Of a stretch of DNA of 64,000 bases, positions 10,692 to 20,185 are shown piece after piece. The position numbers and the translations under genes are program-made. The stretch's first letter is position 1. The number at the start of each line of letters is the position of its first letter. The DNA is from Nitrospirales bacterium (GTDB lineage Bacteria; Nitrospirota; Nitrospiria; Nitrospirales; UBA8639), in assembly GCA_965223295.1 (NCBI GenBank), contig CBDCWC010000002.1, positions 1,216,001-1,280,000 on the forward strand. Direction: 5' to 3'. The notes below the pieces were generated by a model, which was not told where the DNA came from, did not search any database, and saw nothing but the letters and a program-made list of their open reading frames with translations.

Positions 10692-10707
10692 AGCAAAAAA
10701 CAGACCC
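10692..10707 (-). promoter_or_regulatory. Candidate sigma54 -24/-12 promoter
   Basis: Minus strand GGGTCTGTTTTTTGCT has exact GG-N10-GC spacing with a TTGC -12 element; the -24 element deviates from TGGCAC. Confidence 0.38.
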
Positions 10708-10803
10708 GAGAATTTCTTACCGACCTTCAACAAATTGGAAAAGAAAGTACTTGAAAAATAGGCAGATTTTGGCCGATGTGGATAGCTGGGAAGAAACTGC
10801 CGA

Positions 10804-10819
10804 CGTCAAGGGCTTGACG
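10804..10819. promoter_or_regulatory. Palindromic candidate enhancer (FleQ-box-like)
   Basis: CGTCAAGGGCTTGACG contains GTCAA-N4-TTGAC and lies about 100 bp upstream of the candidate sigma54 site. Confidence 0.42.
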
Positions 10820-10892
10820 GCAGGGTCAAAATTTTTGGCTAGTCAACGAGATGTCGATGAGGACGAACAGGAGAGGGGCGGAGCGTGAGTTA

Positions 10893-12353
10893 TCAGGCAT
10901 CCACAAGATTTTCAGGGGGTGTGGCACGCTGAGCCACAACTTCAGCAAGCGATTTCTTTTTCAATTTTTCAATGAGTGTCGTGCGATTGATTTGAAGAAG
11001 ACGGGCAGCTTTACTCTTGACCCAATTCGTTCGCTCCAGGGCTTCGAGAATTAATCGATTTTCAAATTCTTCGACTGCACGGGAAAGATCGAGGCCACCA
11101 ATCGGAATAGCAGCAGGCACAGTAGGGAGTTGGTCAGATGGAAGGCGACGAATTTTTTCTGGCAAATCTGCAGGCTCAAGCAGGCCTCGACGCTTCAGAA
11201 TGGCAATTCGCTCCACGATATTTCCAATTTCCCGAACATTACCCGGCCAAGGATACTCACAGAGCAACGCCATGGCCTCATCAGACACACCCGTGATCTC
11301 GGCTTGCCGACGTTCATTGAACATCGCAATAAAATGTTGCAGCAAGAGTGGAATATCCTCAACGCGTTGACGCAACGGCGGAACCAGAACAGGCACCACA
11401 TTCAACCGGTAAAAAAGATCTTCCCTAAATTGTTTAGCCGCCACCAAACTTTCAAGATCTTGATTCGTCGCGGCAATCACTCTGGCATCAGATTTATAGG
11501 TTCGGGTTCCTCCGACTCGTTCGAATGTCCGTTCCTGTAACACTCGAAGCAGTTTGACTTGAAGAGGAGGACTCAAATCCCCGATTTCATCTAGAAAAAT
11601 GGTTCCTCCTGTGGCTAACTCAAATCGTCCAACTCGAGAAGCCACGGCTCCGGTAAATGCTCCTTTTTCATGGCCGAATAATTCACTCTCCAAAAGCGCT
11701 TCAGGAATGGCACCGCAATTCACAGGAATTAAATTCCCCTGTCGCCTCGTGCTATTACTATGAATGGTTTGCGCAATGAGTTCCTTACCAGTTCCACTCT
11801 CCCCTAAAATAAGGACCGTACTGTCCGTATCTGCCACACAACTAATGAGCTGAAAGACTTCTTTCATGACCTGACTGGAGCTGACTAATTTACCTAGGCT
11901 GAATTGCCCTTTCACCGTTTTCTTCAGTTCAGTATTTTCATCTTGAAGCGATTTTACCCGCAGCGCGCTGGCCATCGTGGCACTCAACACATCGACAGAA
12001 AATGGTTTGGAGAGAAAATCAAAGGCTCCAGCTTTAATGGCATTCACCGCCATTTCCACGGATCCGTAACCGGTCATCACGATCGTGACCGGACGGGTTG
12101 GTAATTGATTAATTCGTTCCACGAGCTCTATGCCATTGATGTCTGGCAGCATGACATCGGTCAACACCACATCAAACGGTAATGACTCAACCAAAGGCAA
12201 GGCTTGGCTGCCAGACTCCGCTTCAGTCACCTCATGCCCCTCATCTTCCAATTGAAGCTTGATGGTTTCTCGCACATCCTGCTCATCTTCAACCAATAGA
12301 ATTTTGGCACTTGGTCTACTAGTTGGGGATTCAGCTGACTCTAACGCTTTCAT
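10893..12353 (-). CDS. Sigma54-dependent activator (REC-AAA+-HTH), FleQ/FlrA-like flagellar regulator
   Basis: REC with acidic pocket, [36 protein letters not shown]; first gene of the flagellar cluster. Confidence 0.88.
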   Translation of the reverse strand: MKALESAESPTSRPSAKILLVEDEQDVRETIKLQLEDEGHEVTEAESGSQALPLVESLPFDVVLTDVMLPDINGIELVERINQLPTRPVTIVMTGYGSVEMAVNAIKAGAFDFLSKPFSVDVLSATMASALRVKSLQDENTELKKTVKGQFSLGKLVSSSQVMKEVFQLISCVADTDSTVLILGESGTGKELIAQTIHSNSTRRQGNLIPVNCGAIPEALLESELFGHEKGAFTGAVASRVGRFELATGGTIFLDEIGDLSPPLQVKLLRVLQERTFERVGGTRTYKSDARVIAATNQDLESLVAAKQFREDLFYRLNVVPVLVPPLRQRVEDIPLLLQHFIAMFNERRQAEITGVSDEAMALLCEYPWPGNVREIGNIVERIAILKRRGLLEPADLPEKIRRLPSDQLPTVPAAIPIGGLDLSRAVEEFENRLILEALERTNWVKSKAARLLQINRTTLIEKLKKKSLAEVVAQRATPPENLVDA

Positions 12354-12583
12354 AAGGTAGCCTCCCTTATCATTCTGACAGTCGCCTATTGCATGTAAAT
12401 AGACCTCGAATGCACGACACCCAAGGCCATTGCTACCCCATTTCCTTCAAGAGGTCAAGTCGAAAACAGGTATTTCTTTTATTCTTTCCTCAGGTTCCAA
12501 CTTGAAAACTGGTACATACAATTGATTTGAATCACTTTCTCCTCAAGAACGGAGCCCTTGTCCATAGAACAAAAGCAACTCGA

Positions 12584-12736
12584 CTTAAGGGCCCCTCTAA
12601 AAACTATCCTTTTTCCCGAAGGCGGCGTCAGCGACGTGCTCAAATCCTCATGTATTGGCCCATACACTGAGGTTTTCCGCGCGCCGGCTCCTTGCCGCCA
12701 TCAGAAAAAATCGTCAGCTTTTAGAGGGGGCTTAAG
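12584..12736. mobile_element. Non-coding fold-back MITE-like element (153 bp)
   Basis: Terminal inverted repeats CTTAAGGGCCCCTCTAAAAACT / AGCTTTTAGAGGGGGCTTAAG, inner arms GGCGGC/GCCGCC, apical TCATGTATTGGCCCATACACT. Confidence 0.6.
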
Positions 12737-12789
12737 AAATTCCGAGAAATGACCGAAACATTCGATGAGCCTCAACACATCGAGAACAC

Positions 12790-13038
12790 ATGAGAAACGA
12801 CGAACATACCATGGACGCGCCGCAACTCCCAGAGCCCTCTTCAATGCCAATTTTTATCCTGTTTGATACACAAACAGGCTATCTCTACGGTCATCTCTTT
12901 GCCACTGGACCAGAAGATCCATTTCTCCAGGAAGTCATACAATGGTGGAGTCAATACTGCTCTAATACTCCCATCGGCGTTGATTATCCTGGCCTCACAA
13001 AAGAACCTCAACCAACAACAAGTTCGTCTTCTAACTAA
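12790..13038 (+). CDS. Small hypothetical protein
   Basis: 82-aa ATG ORF filling the gap, with protein-like composition; no recognised motif. Confidence 0.45.
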   Translation: MRNDEHTMDAPQLPEPSSMPIFILFDTQTGYLYGHLFATGPEDPFLQEVIQWWSQYCSNTPIGVDYPGLTKEPQPTTSSSSN

Positions 13039-13694
13039 GGCAATTCCGCCCAAATCGCCAATCCTGACCGAAACACCAATTTGCGGTCTGGGAGGTGTAA
13101 GATGACCACATTGTCATTGATCTGAATCTCGTAGTCCCGTGTCGCTACAGGTAAATCTGTCGAAAAAAATCCGCCTGTGATTGCTGAAAATGCCACGGCA
13201 CGTCGATTCGTCACAAAGAGTGCCACATGATCCTCTATAGCAAAATCCAGTACCATCTCTCCAGCACCCCAAAATTCACGCCTCCATCGCGCCTGCTCAC
13301 TCACGAATCCATAAACGGAATCTTGCCCTTGAACAACCACCATTCGAGGCATCACCGTCGATGCAAGGATCTGTTCACTAGCGGCCACTCGCAGTTCCAC
13401 CCAGAGTTGCCGCCCACCTGAAAATCCCAATAACCGAGTCGACGTCTGCACAAATCCCGTGACACCTTTAGCTTGAGTCTGAAAGATTTTTTCCCCAGCA
13501 GCCAGTGGTTTCCTGGCGATACCTTCCCCCGGCGTCATTGCAAAAATCTGACGCCGATCAGTTGTGATACTGACCTCGTCAGTGACAACCTCTAGCGCTA
13601 GCCCCTCCCCAAACCATCCTGTACTGCTTAAGATAACCCAGAGAAGAGTCCAGAAAAATTTCTTCGTTAACCCAACAATACAACTTCTCATCAT
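13035..13694 (-). CDS. Exported beta-repeat protein, translationally coupled to lptD
   Basis: ATG overlaps the lptD stop (TAATG); signal-like N-terminus; 39-aa periodic beta-rich repeats. Confidence 0.7.
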   Translation of the reverse strand: MMRSCIVGLTKKFFWTLLWVILSSTGWFGEGLALEVVTDEVSITTDRRQIFAMTPGEGIARKPLAAGEKIFQTQAKGVTGFVQTSTRLLGFSGGRQLWVELRVAASEQILASTVMPRMVVVQGQDSVYGFVSEQARWRREFWGAGEMVLDFAIEDHVALFVTNRRAVAFSAITGGFFSTDLPVATRDYEIQINDNVVILHLPDRKLVFRSGLAIWAELP

Positions 13695-15919
13695 TACCGA
13701 TAATCCCAGGGAACGCCCCGTTCTCCATGCATAATGGGCCCTAAAATGGATTGCATCAGCTCCGTCCCATTCCCCTGTGATGCCCATAGGCCGGTCAAAC
13801 TGATCAAAAAGTCATATTCTTCACGATCTGGGAACCGAAGATAATACAGGCCAACGGAGAAACAACGGCAAGGGTTCTGATAGAGAGCCACCACATCCAA
13901 CTCCGCTGTTTTACCTGTACGAAAATCATGATACCAACGAGAGCCGACTGTCACCCCTCCTGGCAGCCGCATACCGCCCCCTGCCGTCAAATAGAGAATT
14001 TTTTCTGCCGGGAGCAGCACCTCGTTGAAGGAGATGGGATTCCACACATCTCCACGTCTAGTTTGACGCCCTGTTTTGGCATAGCGTTGTCCAACCAAGA
14101 GGTACCAGGCTTGATGTCCTTGAATAAGCCCATCAATGTTCAATTGCCTCATTTTTTTCTTCTTGTGATCAACAAAGGTATCAACGAGCAGATCAAATGA
14201 CGAGAGAAACGAGGGGAACTTTAAAGGTTGATGAAACTCACCACGCCCCCAAATATCTGAAAATTTTGATGCTAAGGGAGGAGGATCGTTAATATGGTAG
14301 CTTTGCGCCAACAACACATTGAACCATGTGGTTGATCCGGTATCCAAGCCCTGGTGCCCCAAGCGGTTTTTTAAGGAATAGGTAATCAGACTTTTATTAA
14401 GTAGATCATCAACCGCATCGACCTTGACCAATTTGCTTTGCTTGGTCTGTGGAACATATTCATAGATCACACGTGGTTCGATAGAATGCCGCAACCAGTC
14501 ATTCTCACCCAATCTGAAGCGCCTGGTCAGATTGCTAAATGCTTCGGCCCCAAGCCAATACGTCTTTCGTTCTTGACCCGATTTGTCAGTGAGGCCACGG
14601 GAATAGACCACTTCCCGAAACTTCGCTTGCGGGCGAATTCCCAACATATGTCCCAGATGTAATCCTTCAAGCGACAGACCGGGTAAGAAATCGAACCGAC
14701 TCACCTTAAAACCTTCTTCCCGCCAAAAATGCACAAACGTCGAATCTGCTGTCAGTGATACCGGGCTGCTGAACAATCCCGGATGGAAAAATCGATGACC
14801 CACTTCAGGCAACCGTTGGAACGTCCTCTCGGCTCCGATAATCAGTGGTTGAAGATATTGCCCCCAGAGGTACAAGGCTCCATGATCCAACCGCTGCAGC
14901 AAAGTAAGATTGGATTCCTGGCTGGGCAAGGCTCGTTGAACGCCAGAGTTACTCAAATCCTGCAACAATTCACGATCAGTAGAATAATTGAGATTCATCC
15001 GAAACGAGAGATCTGGAGTAAACTGTTGGACATGTGCCCCTCGAAACCGAAACCGTTTCTTATTTTCTTGCGTATCACGCAACCCCTTCATAAACCATTG
15101 CCCTTTGGCCTGACGGCTCCAAACATACCGATAACTCAAATCACCGCCATAGCCACGTTTTGTCATAATTTGCGGGGCAATCGTCAAATCCTGCGTAGGA
15201 TCAATGGCCCAGAAAAACGCTTGCCGGTATTTAAATCCAAACGCGTTGCTAATCCCAGGTGTCGGTAAGAGAAAACCAGACTTTCGATCTGCGCCCAAAG
15301 GATACTCAAACGTCGGCAGTGGAATGACCGGCACATCATTAACATGAAACCAGACTCCTCGACCGGACAAACTATCCTCATAATCCAAATCAAGGTCATC
15401 AAAAGTAAAACGCCATGCGGGAATTTCCCCATCCTTGGCATCGCAATTGGTAAACGATCCTTCTTTAATCCGATAATGCGTTTCAGAAAATCGCTGCAGA
15501 CGCTGCCCCGTCACAAAAGAATTCTGTTTCTTTCGAAAAATCTTTCCGGTCGTTAGGACTCCGGCTTCGGTATTGATATTGAGTTCCATGTGTTCAGCCC
15601 ACACATCAGCCTGCCCATCACGAAAATGCACGTGACCAATAGCCTTCAAACGCCCAGTGAGCTTTTGAAGAGTGGCGTCGTCTGCAGTCAATCGGATCGG
15701 ACCTTGTGTCACATTGACGGAACCCATTGCATGATATTCCTCTCGTTCTTGATCATAATCAATACGATCAGCCGCAATTTCTACAGGAACTCCACGGGAA
15801 TTGGCCGTCGTTGCATTTGACTGAAAAAAAGAAGACTCTGCAACAACATGATAGGGGATAACTAAGACAAGAACCAACACCAATAACCATGAGCGCACGC
15901 TCACGTATCGTATCGCCAT
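13694..15919 (-). CDS. lptD: LPS-assembly protein LptD
   Basis: Signal peptide, N-terminal jellyroll (IAADRIDY), FTNCD, RKSGFLLP, FFWAI...QDLT; follows folC. Start set to ATG 15919. Confidence 0.9.
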   Translation of the reverse strand: MAIRYVSVRSWLLVLVLVLVIPYHVVAESSFFQSNATTANSRGVPVEIAADRIDYDQEREEYHAMGSVNVTQGPIRLTADDATLQKLTGRLKAIGHVHFRDGQADVWAEHMELNINTEAGVLTTGKIFRKKQNSFVTGQRLQRFSETHYRIKEGSFTNCDAKDGEIPAWRFTFDDLDLDYEDSLSGRGVWFHVNDVPVIPLPTFEYPLGADRKSGFLLPTPGISNAFGFKYRQAFFWAIDPTQDLTIAPQIMTKRGYGGDLSYRYVWSRQAKGQWFMKGLRDTQENKKRFRFRGAHVQQFTPDLSFRMNLNYSTDRELLQDLSNSGVQRALPSQESNLTLLQRLDHGALYLWGQYLQPLIIGAERTFQRLPEVGHRFFHPGLFSSPVSLTADSTFVHFWREEGFKVSRFDFLPGLSLEGLHLGHMLGIRPQAKFREVVYSRGLTDKSGQERKTYWLGAEAFSNLTRRFRLGENDWLRHSIEPRVIYEYVPQTKQSKLVKVDAVDDLLNKSLITYSLKNRLGHQGLDTGSTTWFNVLLAQSYHINDPPPLASKFSDIWGRGEFHQPLKFPSFLSSFDLLVDTFVDHKKKKMRQLNIDGLIQGHQAWYLLVGQRYAKTGRQTRRGDVWNPISFNEVLLPAEKILYLTAGGGMRLPGGVTVGSRWYHDFRTGKTAELDVVALYQNPCRCFSVGLYYLRFPDREEYDFLISLTGLWASQGNGTELMQSILGPIMHGERGVPWDYR

Positions 15920-15921
15920 AT

Positions 15922-17220
15922 TCAGACGCTGCCTATTGACGAATGAGGCGGAGTCAAATGCTGCAACATTTCTCCCACCAAAAATAACGAGCCAGTCACA
16001 CAAATGACATCAGCAGGTGTCGCCATCTCTAAAGCTTTGCAATAGGCTTTCCAAGGATCAGACATCATACAAAGCGTCATCTGATCCTGCGGCACAACAT
16101 GTTGAAGTTCATCAACGGTCATTGAACGGCTCATCTGAAGTTGCGTCACAATAACGGTGTCTATCAGAGGGCATAAGATCCGCAAAAACTCAGCATGTTG
16201 TTTGTCGTGCATCATTCCAAGGACAACAATGAGTTTTCCACCACAGGCATCATGAAGTTGTGCCTGCAGAAAGTCAAACAAGACCTGCGCACCCAACGGG
16301 TTATGTGCTCCATCCAGAATCACCATCGGATTGTACTGCACGACTTCCAAACGCCCTTTCCAACGAACATGCTGTAATCCTGATTTGATGGCGTCAAAAG
16401 AAAGAGGAAATTGCTGGGCAGTTGCCGCTTCCAACAAGGCTAGAGCGTTTCCAGCATTGTGCATCTGATGGCGCCCCAACAAATTCGTCTGCAAATTGAG
16501 GAATTCGCTTGTAAACCCATAGTAGGAAAATGTGTTTTTCGTTGTCTGGAAAACAGAAAACTCCTGGCCATGCCGATACAGAGGTGCACCGTTCGTCTGA
16601 GCGACATGCTCGAAGGTCTGTCTCACGCTTTTGGACATCTGCCCTAACACAACCGGCACCTGGCTATGAATAATGCCTGCTTTTTCCCGTGCAATCGCAT
16701 GGAGCGTAGATCCAAGATGCATTTCATGATCCATGCCGATTCCTGTAATCAGCACACCTAAGGGATTCAACACATTGGTGGCATCACATCGTCCTCCTAA
16801 CCCAACCTCAACAACCGCAATGTCAACCTGTTGTTGATAAAAATAATGAAACGCCAGGGCTGTGGTAAATTCAAAAAAAGTTAAGGAGCCATCTCGGTCA
16901 ACTAGCCTGCGAATTGATTCCGTCAACTCACAGACAGCCTTTTCAGAAATTTCAGCGCCTTGTACCCGAATGCGCTCACGAAAATCTATCAAGTGCGGCG
17001 AGGTATATAAGCCCACTCGATAGCCCCCAGCTTGCAACATGGCCGCCAGCATCGCGGCAGATGACCCTTTGCCATTGGTCCCTGCAATATGAAGAGTTGC
17101 ATATTGATGTTGAGGATTTTTCAACTGTTGAAGAATATCGGTAATAGCTTCAAGGCCCAGCTTGACACCAAAACGGCGAAGGGCAAACAGATAGTCGAGG
17201 GTGGCAGAATACGTTAACAC
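15922..17220 (-). CDS. folC: Folylpolyglutamate synthase/dihydrofolate synthase
   Basis: HIAGTNGKGS, YTSPHL, EVGLGGRCDATN, LDGAHNP, VTGSLFLVG. Confidence 0.96.
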   Translation of the reverse strand: MLTYSATLDYLFALRRFGVKLGLEAITDILQQLKNPQHQYATLHIAGTNGKGSSAAMLAAMLQAGGYRVGLYTSPHLIDFRERIRVQGAEISEKAVCELTESIRRLVDRDGSLTFFEFTTALAFHYFYQQQVDIAVVEVGLGGRCDATNVLNPLGVLITGIGMDHEMHLGSTLHAIAREKAGIIHSQVPVVLGQMSKSVRQTFEHVAQTNGAPLYRHGQEFSVFQTTKNTFSYYGFTSEFLNLQTNLLGRHQMHNAGNALALLEAATAQQFPLSFDAIKSGLQHVRWKGRLEVVQYNPMVILDGAHNPLGAQVLFDFLQAQLHDACGGKLIVVLGMMHDKQHAEFLRILCPLIDTVIVTQLQMSRSMTVDELQHVVPQDQMTLCMMSDPWKAYCKALEMATPADVICVTGSLFLVGEMLQHLTPPHSSIGSV

Positions 17221-17265
17221 GGAATCGCCAAATGATCGGCAGAGAACGAGGAGGAAGGACGTTAC

Positions 17266-18120
17266 TTACGAGGCCATCGCGGATGCTCCACAATGAGTGA
17301 GCAGGGTAGCAAGCGTCGTTTTCAGAACTTTTCGTTTCACAATTTGATCAACCATGCCATGGTCCAATAAAAATTCGGCACGTTGAAATCCTTCGGGCAA
17401 ACGTTGCTTGATAGTTTGTTCAATCACACGGGGGCCAGCAAAACCAATGAGCGCTTTGGGTTCCGCAAGAATTATGTCCCCTAACATCGCCACACTGGCT
17501 GTCACTCCGCCAAAAGTTGGATCCGTTAGGAGAACAACATAGGGTAGCCGGACTTCTTGAAGATTCGCAATAGCCGAGGCCGTCTTTGCCATTTGCATGA
17601 GCGACAGAGTTCCTTCCTGCATCCGTGCTCCACCAGACGTCGTAATCAACAAAAAGGGCATCCGGGCATCAAGCGCATGCTCAATCGCTCGACAAATTTT
17701 TTCTCCCACAACCGATCCCATACTTCCGCCCATAAAAGAAAAATCAAAAATTCCAATAGCCACAGGAATGTTCTCAATCCGGCAGGATCCTGTCAGAATC
17801 GCTTCTTGCTTGCCAGTCTTCTTTTGGGCATTCTCTACTCGGGTACGATAGGGAAGCGTATCTTCAAATTGCAGGGGATCATTGGGCACCAGATCAGCAT
17901 CCCATTCTTGAAATGTTTCAGAGTCAGCAATGAGTTCAACCCGTTCCTCAATGGTCATGGGAAAGTGATATTGGCATTTGGGACAAACTTTAAGGTTTCG
18001 GTCAACTTCACGTTTAAAGATGATAGCTCGGCAGACGGTACATTTGATCCACATCCCTTCCATAATATTAACCGTATTGCCTTCCAAATCTTCTGACTTA
18101 CTTCGTTTAAACCATCCCAT
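17266..18120 (-). CDS. accD: Acetyl-CoA carboxylase carboxyltransferase beta subunit
   Basis: C4 zinc finger, FMGGSMGSVVGEK, SGGARMQEG, GFAGPRVIEQT. Confidence 0.97.
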   Translation of the reverse strand: MGWFKRSKSEDLEGNTVNIMEGMWIKCTVCRAIIFKREVDRNLKVCPKCQYHFPMTIEERVELIADSETFQEWDADLVPNDPLQFEDTLPYRTRVENAQKKTGKQEAILTGSCRIENIPVAIGIFDFSFMGGSMGSVVGEKICRAIEHALDARMPFLLITTSGGARMQEGTLSLMQMAKTASAIANLQEVRLPYVVLLTDPTFGGVTASVAMLGDIILAEPKALIGFAGPRVIEQTIKQRLPEGFQRAEFLLDHGMVDQIVKRKVLKTTLATLLTHCGASAMAS

Positions 18121-18234
18121 GCAATTAGAAGCCTTTTCGTGTCATGAAGACAATCGCCAAATCTGAACAACACGTGGACAGAAACAAGGTCCTTTAAGAA
18201 GCTGAAACAGCCTCTTCAACGAACCTGTCAGAAA

Positions 18235-18263
18235 ACTGTACCATAGGGTTAGAGACCCGGCAA
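18235..18263 (-). promoter_or_regulatory. Candidate sigma70 promoter for accD-folC-lptD
   Basis: TTGCCG-N17-TACAGT with an extended -10 TG. Confidence 0.4.
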
Positions 18264-18337
18264 GAAATTCTTGGAAAGACAGATGAGAATCGAGAACTGT
18301 CAGTCGCTAGACAACTGACACACACAGAACAGAAAAA

Positions 18338-19399
18338 TTACCCACCCCTGGAATGCATTTCTAAACGAGGATCTTCGCGTAACCGCTCAATCTCAATATA
18401 CCGCCCCCGGCCCGTGCTAGACTCCAACTCTTTGCGTTCCTCGGCACCGCGATCTCGGCGAGTCTCCCACACCGAGTGAATCATCGACACCAAATCCTTG
18501 CGTGAACGGCGATCTCGAATGGGTTTACGTAAATCCAAACCAGTCTTTGCATAAAGACAGAGATACCACATCCCATCCGCAGTCAAACGGCTACGGTCAC
18601 AGGTTGAACAAAAAGGCATGGTTGTGGAGGGAATAATTCCAAAGATCGTACTATCTGGAAGTCGGAAGCGTTGCGCCGGAGCGGAACTTGATTCATGAAC
18701 AGGTTCAATTGGCCCATAGTATCGACAGAGGATATCAAGAATCTCTTTGCGCGAAAGAACTTTATCCGGCGACCAATCATTCGCTCCACCTACATCCATA
18801 TATTCAATGAAACGCACTTCGCCGTTCACCCGCTTGCCATACTCAATCAATGGAATCAATTCGTCGTCGTTATAGCCTTTCATCGCCACCGTGTCTAATT
18901 TTAGACCTCGAAACCCAACGTGTCCAACAGATTCAATGCCTTCAAAAACCTGCGCTAAGGAATCTCGTCGGGTCAAAGCCTTAAACCGTTCTGGCTTTAA
19001 GGTATCTAAACTCACTGTAATACGGTGCAAGCCTGCATCAAAAAGATTCTGCGCATACTCATAAAGCAACACACCATTCGTCGTCATCGCAATATCTTGA
19101 ATTCGAGTATTTTTCTGAAGCATCCCAATCAATGACGCTAAATCTTTCCGGAGAAGCGGTTCGCCTCCCGTAATACGAACGCGATCCACTCCCTGCTCTG
19201 AAAACAGCTCCGTCAAGAAGACAATCTCTTTAAAAGTCAGTAAGGTTTCACGAGGCAACCACATATAGTCTTCTTCTGGCATACAATACTGACAGCGCAA
19301 ATTACAGCGGTCTGTGACCGACACACGAAGCGATCGTAAGGGGCGCCCCCACAAATCCTTGACGGGATCAGGTAACACGAGTGCCTCACTCATGGACAT
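18338..19399 (-). CDS. moaA: GTP 3',8-cyclase MoaA
   Basis: LRVSVTDRCNLRCQYC, TGGEPL, C-terminal CSTC...C cluster, terminal GG. Confidence 0.96.
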   Translation of the reverse strand: MSMSEALVLPDPVKDLWGRPLRSLRVSVTDRCNLRCQYCMPEEDYMWLPRETLLTFKEIVFLTELFSEQGVDRVRITGGEPLLRKDLASLIGMLQKNTRIQDIAMTTNGVLLYEYAQNLFDAGLHRITVSLDTLKPERFKALTRRDSLAQVFEGIESVGHVGFRGLKLDTVAMKGYNDDELIPLIEYGKRVNGEVRFIEYMDVGGANDWSPDKVLSRKEILDILCRYYGPIEPVHESSSAPAQRFRLPDSTIFGIIPSTTMPFCSTCDRSRLTADGMWYLCLYAKTGLDLRKPIRDRRSRKDLVSMIHSVWETRRDRGAEERKELESSTGRGRYIEIERLREDPRLEMHSRGG

Positions 19400-19842
19400 T
19401 AAGGATGTTCCTCAACCCACACTTCGCCTTCAGGAGTGGTTTCCATTTTCCAGATAGGCGTAATTTTCTTCAATTCGTCGATACACCACTGACAGGCCTT
19501 AAAGGCGTCGGCCCGGTGCTCAGCCCCAACAATAATTAACACGATATTTTCACCAATCTCGATAGGCCCGTACCGATGCAGCATTAACGCTTCGATAATA
19601 TCGAAATCCCGTAAGGCCTGCTCACGAATCTCCTTGAGTTTCTTCTGCGCCATTCCCTCATAATGCTCAAAACTCATCGAACTGACGTCGCGCCCTTTGG
19701 ACCGATCGCGGGCTGTCCCCAAAAACGTCGCAATGCCTCCAATACGTCGAGATCGGGACCGAACACGATCAAGCTCAGCATCAATCGAAAAATTTTCCTG
19801 CTGCACACGAACCAACATGCTCTCTTCAACTTGCACCGTCAT
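19399..19842 (-). CDS. moaE: Molybdopterin synthase catalytic subunit MoaE
   Basis: FLGTARD, HRYG, HRADAF, DELK...PIWK.E. Confidence 0.95.
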   Translation of the reverse strand: MTVQVEESMLVRVQQENFSIDAELDRVRSRSRRIGGIATFLGTARDRSKGRDVSSMSFEHYEGMAQKKLKEIREQALRDFDIIEALMLHRYGPIEIGENIVLIIVGAEHRADAFKACQWCIDELKKITPIWKMETTPEGEVWVEEHP

Positions 19843-19894
19843 AATAGGTTACTCCTCTCTCATGCCGCACGTTTCATGTCAACTAACATGCGCC

Positions 19895-20146
19895 TCAGGC
19901 ACCCCCTGCAAACGGTGGCAGTAAGGCCACCTCATCAGCCTCAGCCAATACTGTATCCCAATGGGCAATATCTTGATTCACTGACACGACAACTTTCTTT
20001 TTACGTAACAATTCCCCAATTTGTGGATACTCGGCCTGCAAACAGTCAACCAAATCCTTGACGGGCTTGCCAGCAGGAAACGTCACATCCAATTCTTGAT
20101 GGCCCGGAACCATCGTTTTCAACATGCCAAACAATCGTATTTTCAT
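19895..20146 (-). CDS. moaD: Molybdopterin synthase sulfur carrier MoaD
   Basis: Beta-grasp size, SVNQ, DEVALLPPFAGG followed by one extra Ala. Confidence 0.93.
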   Translation of the reverse strand: MKIRLFGMLKTMVPGHQELDVTFPAGKPVKDLVDCLQAEYPQIGELLRKKKVVVSVNQDIAHWDTVLAEADEVALLPPFAGGA

Positions 20147-20185
20147 AAGCCACCACCCAATTGTCGTACTTGAATACGAACGCTC

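Noticed and set aside
19843..19897. MoaD-MoaE fusion by TGA readthrough
   Set aside because: The gap is 52 nt (out of frame) and a TAG follows three codons after the TGA.
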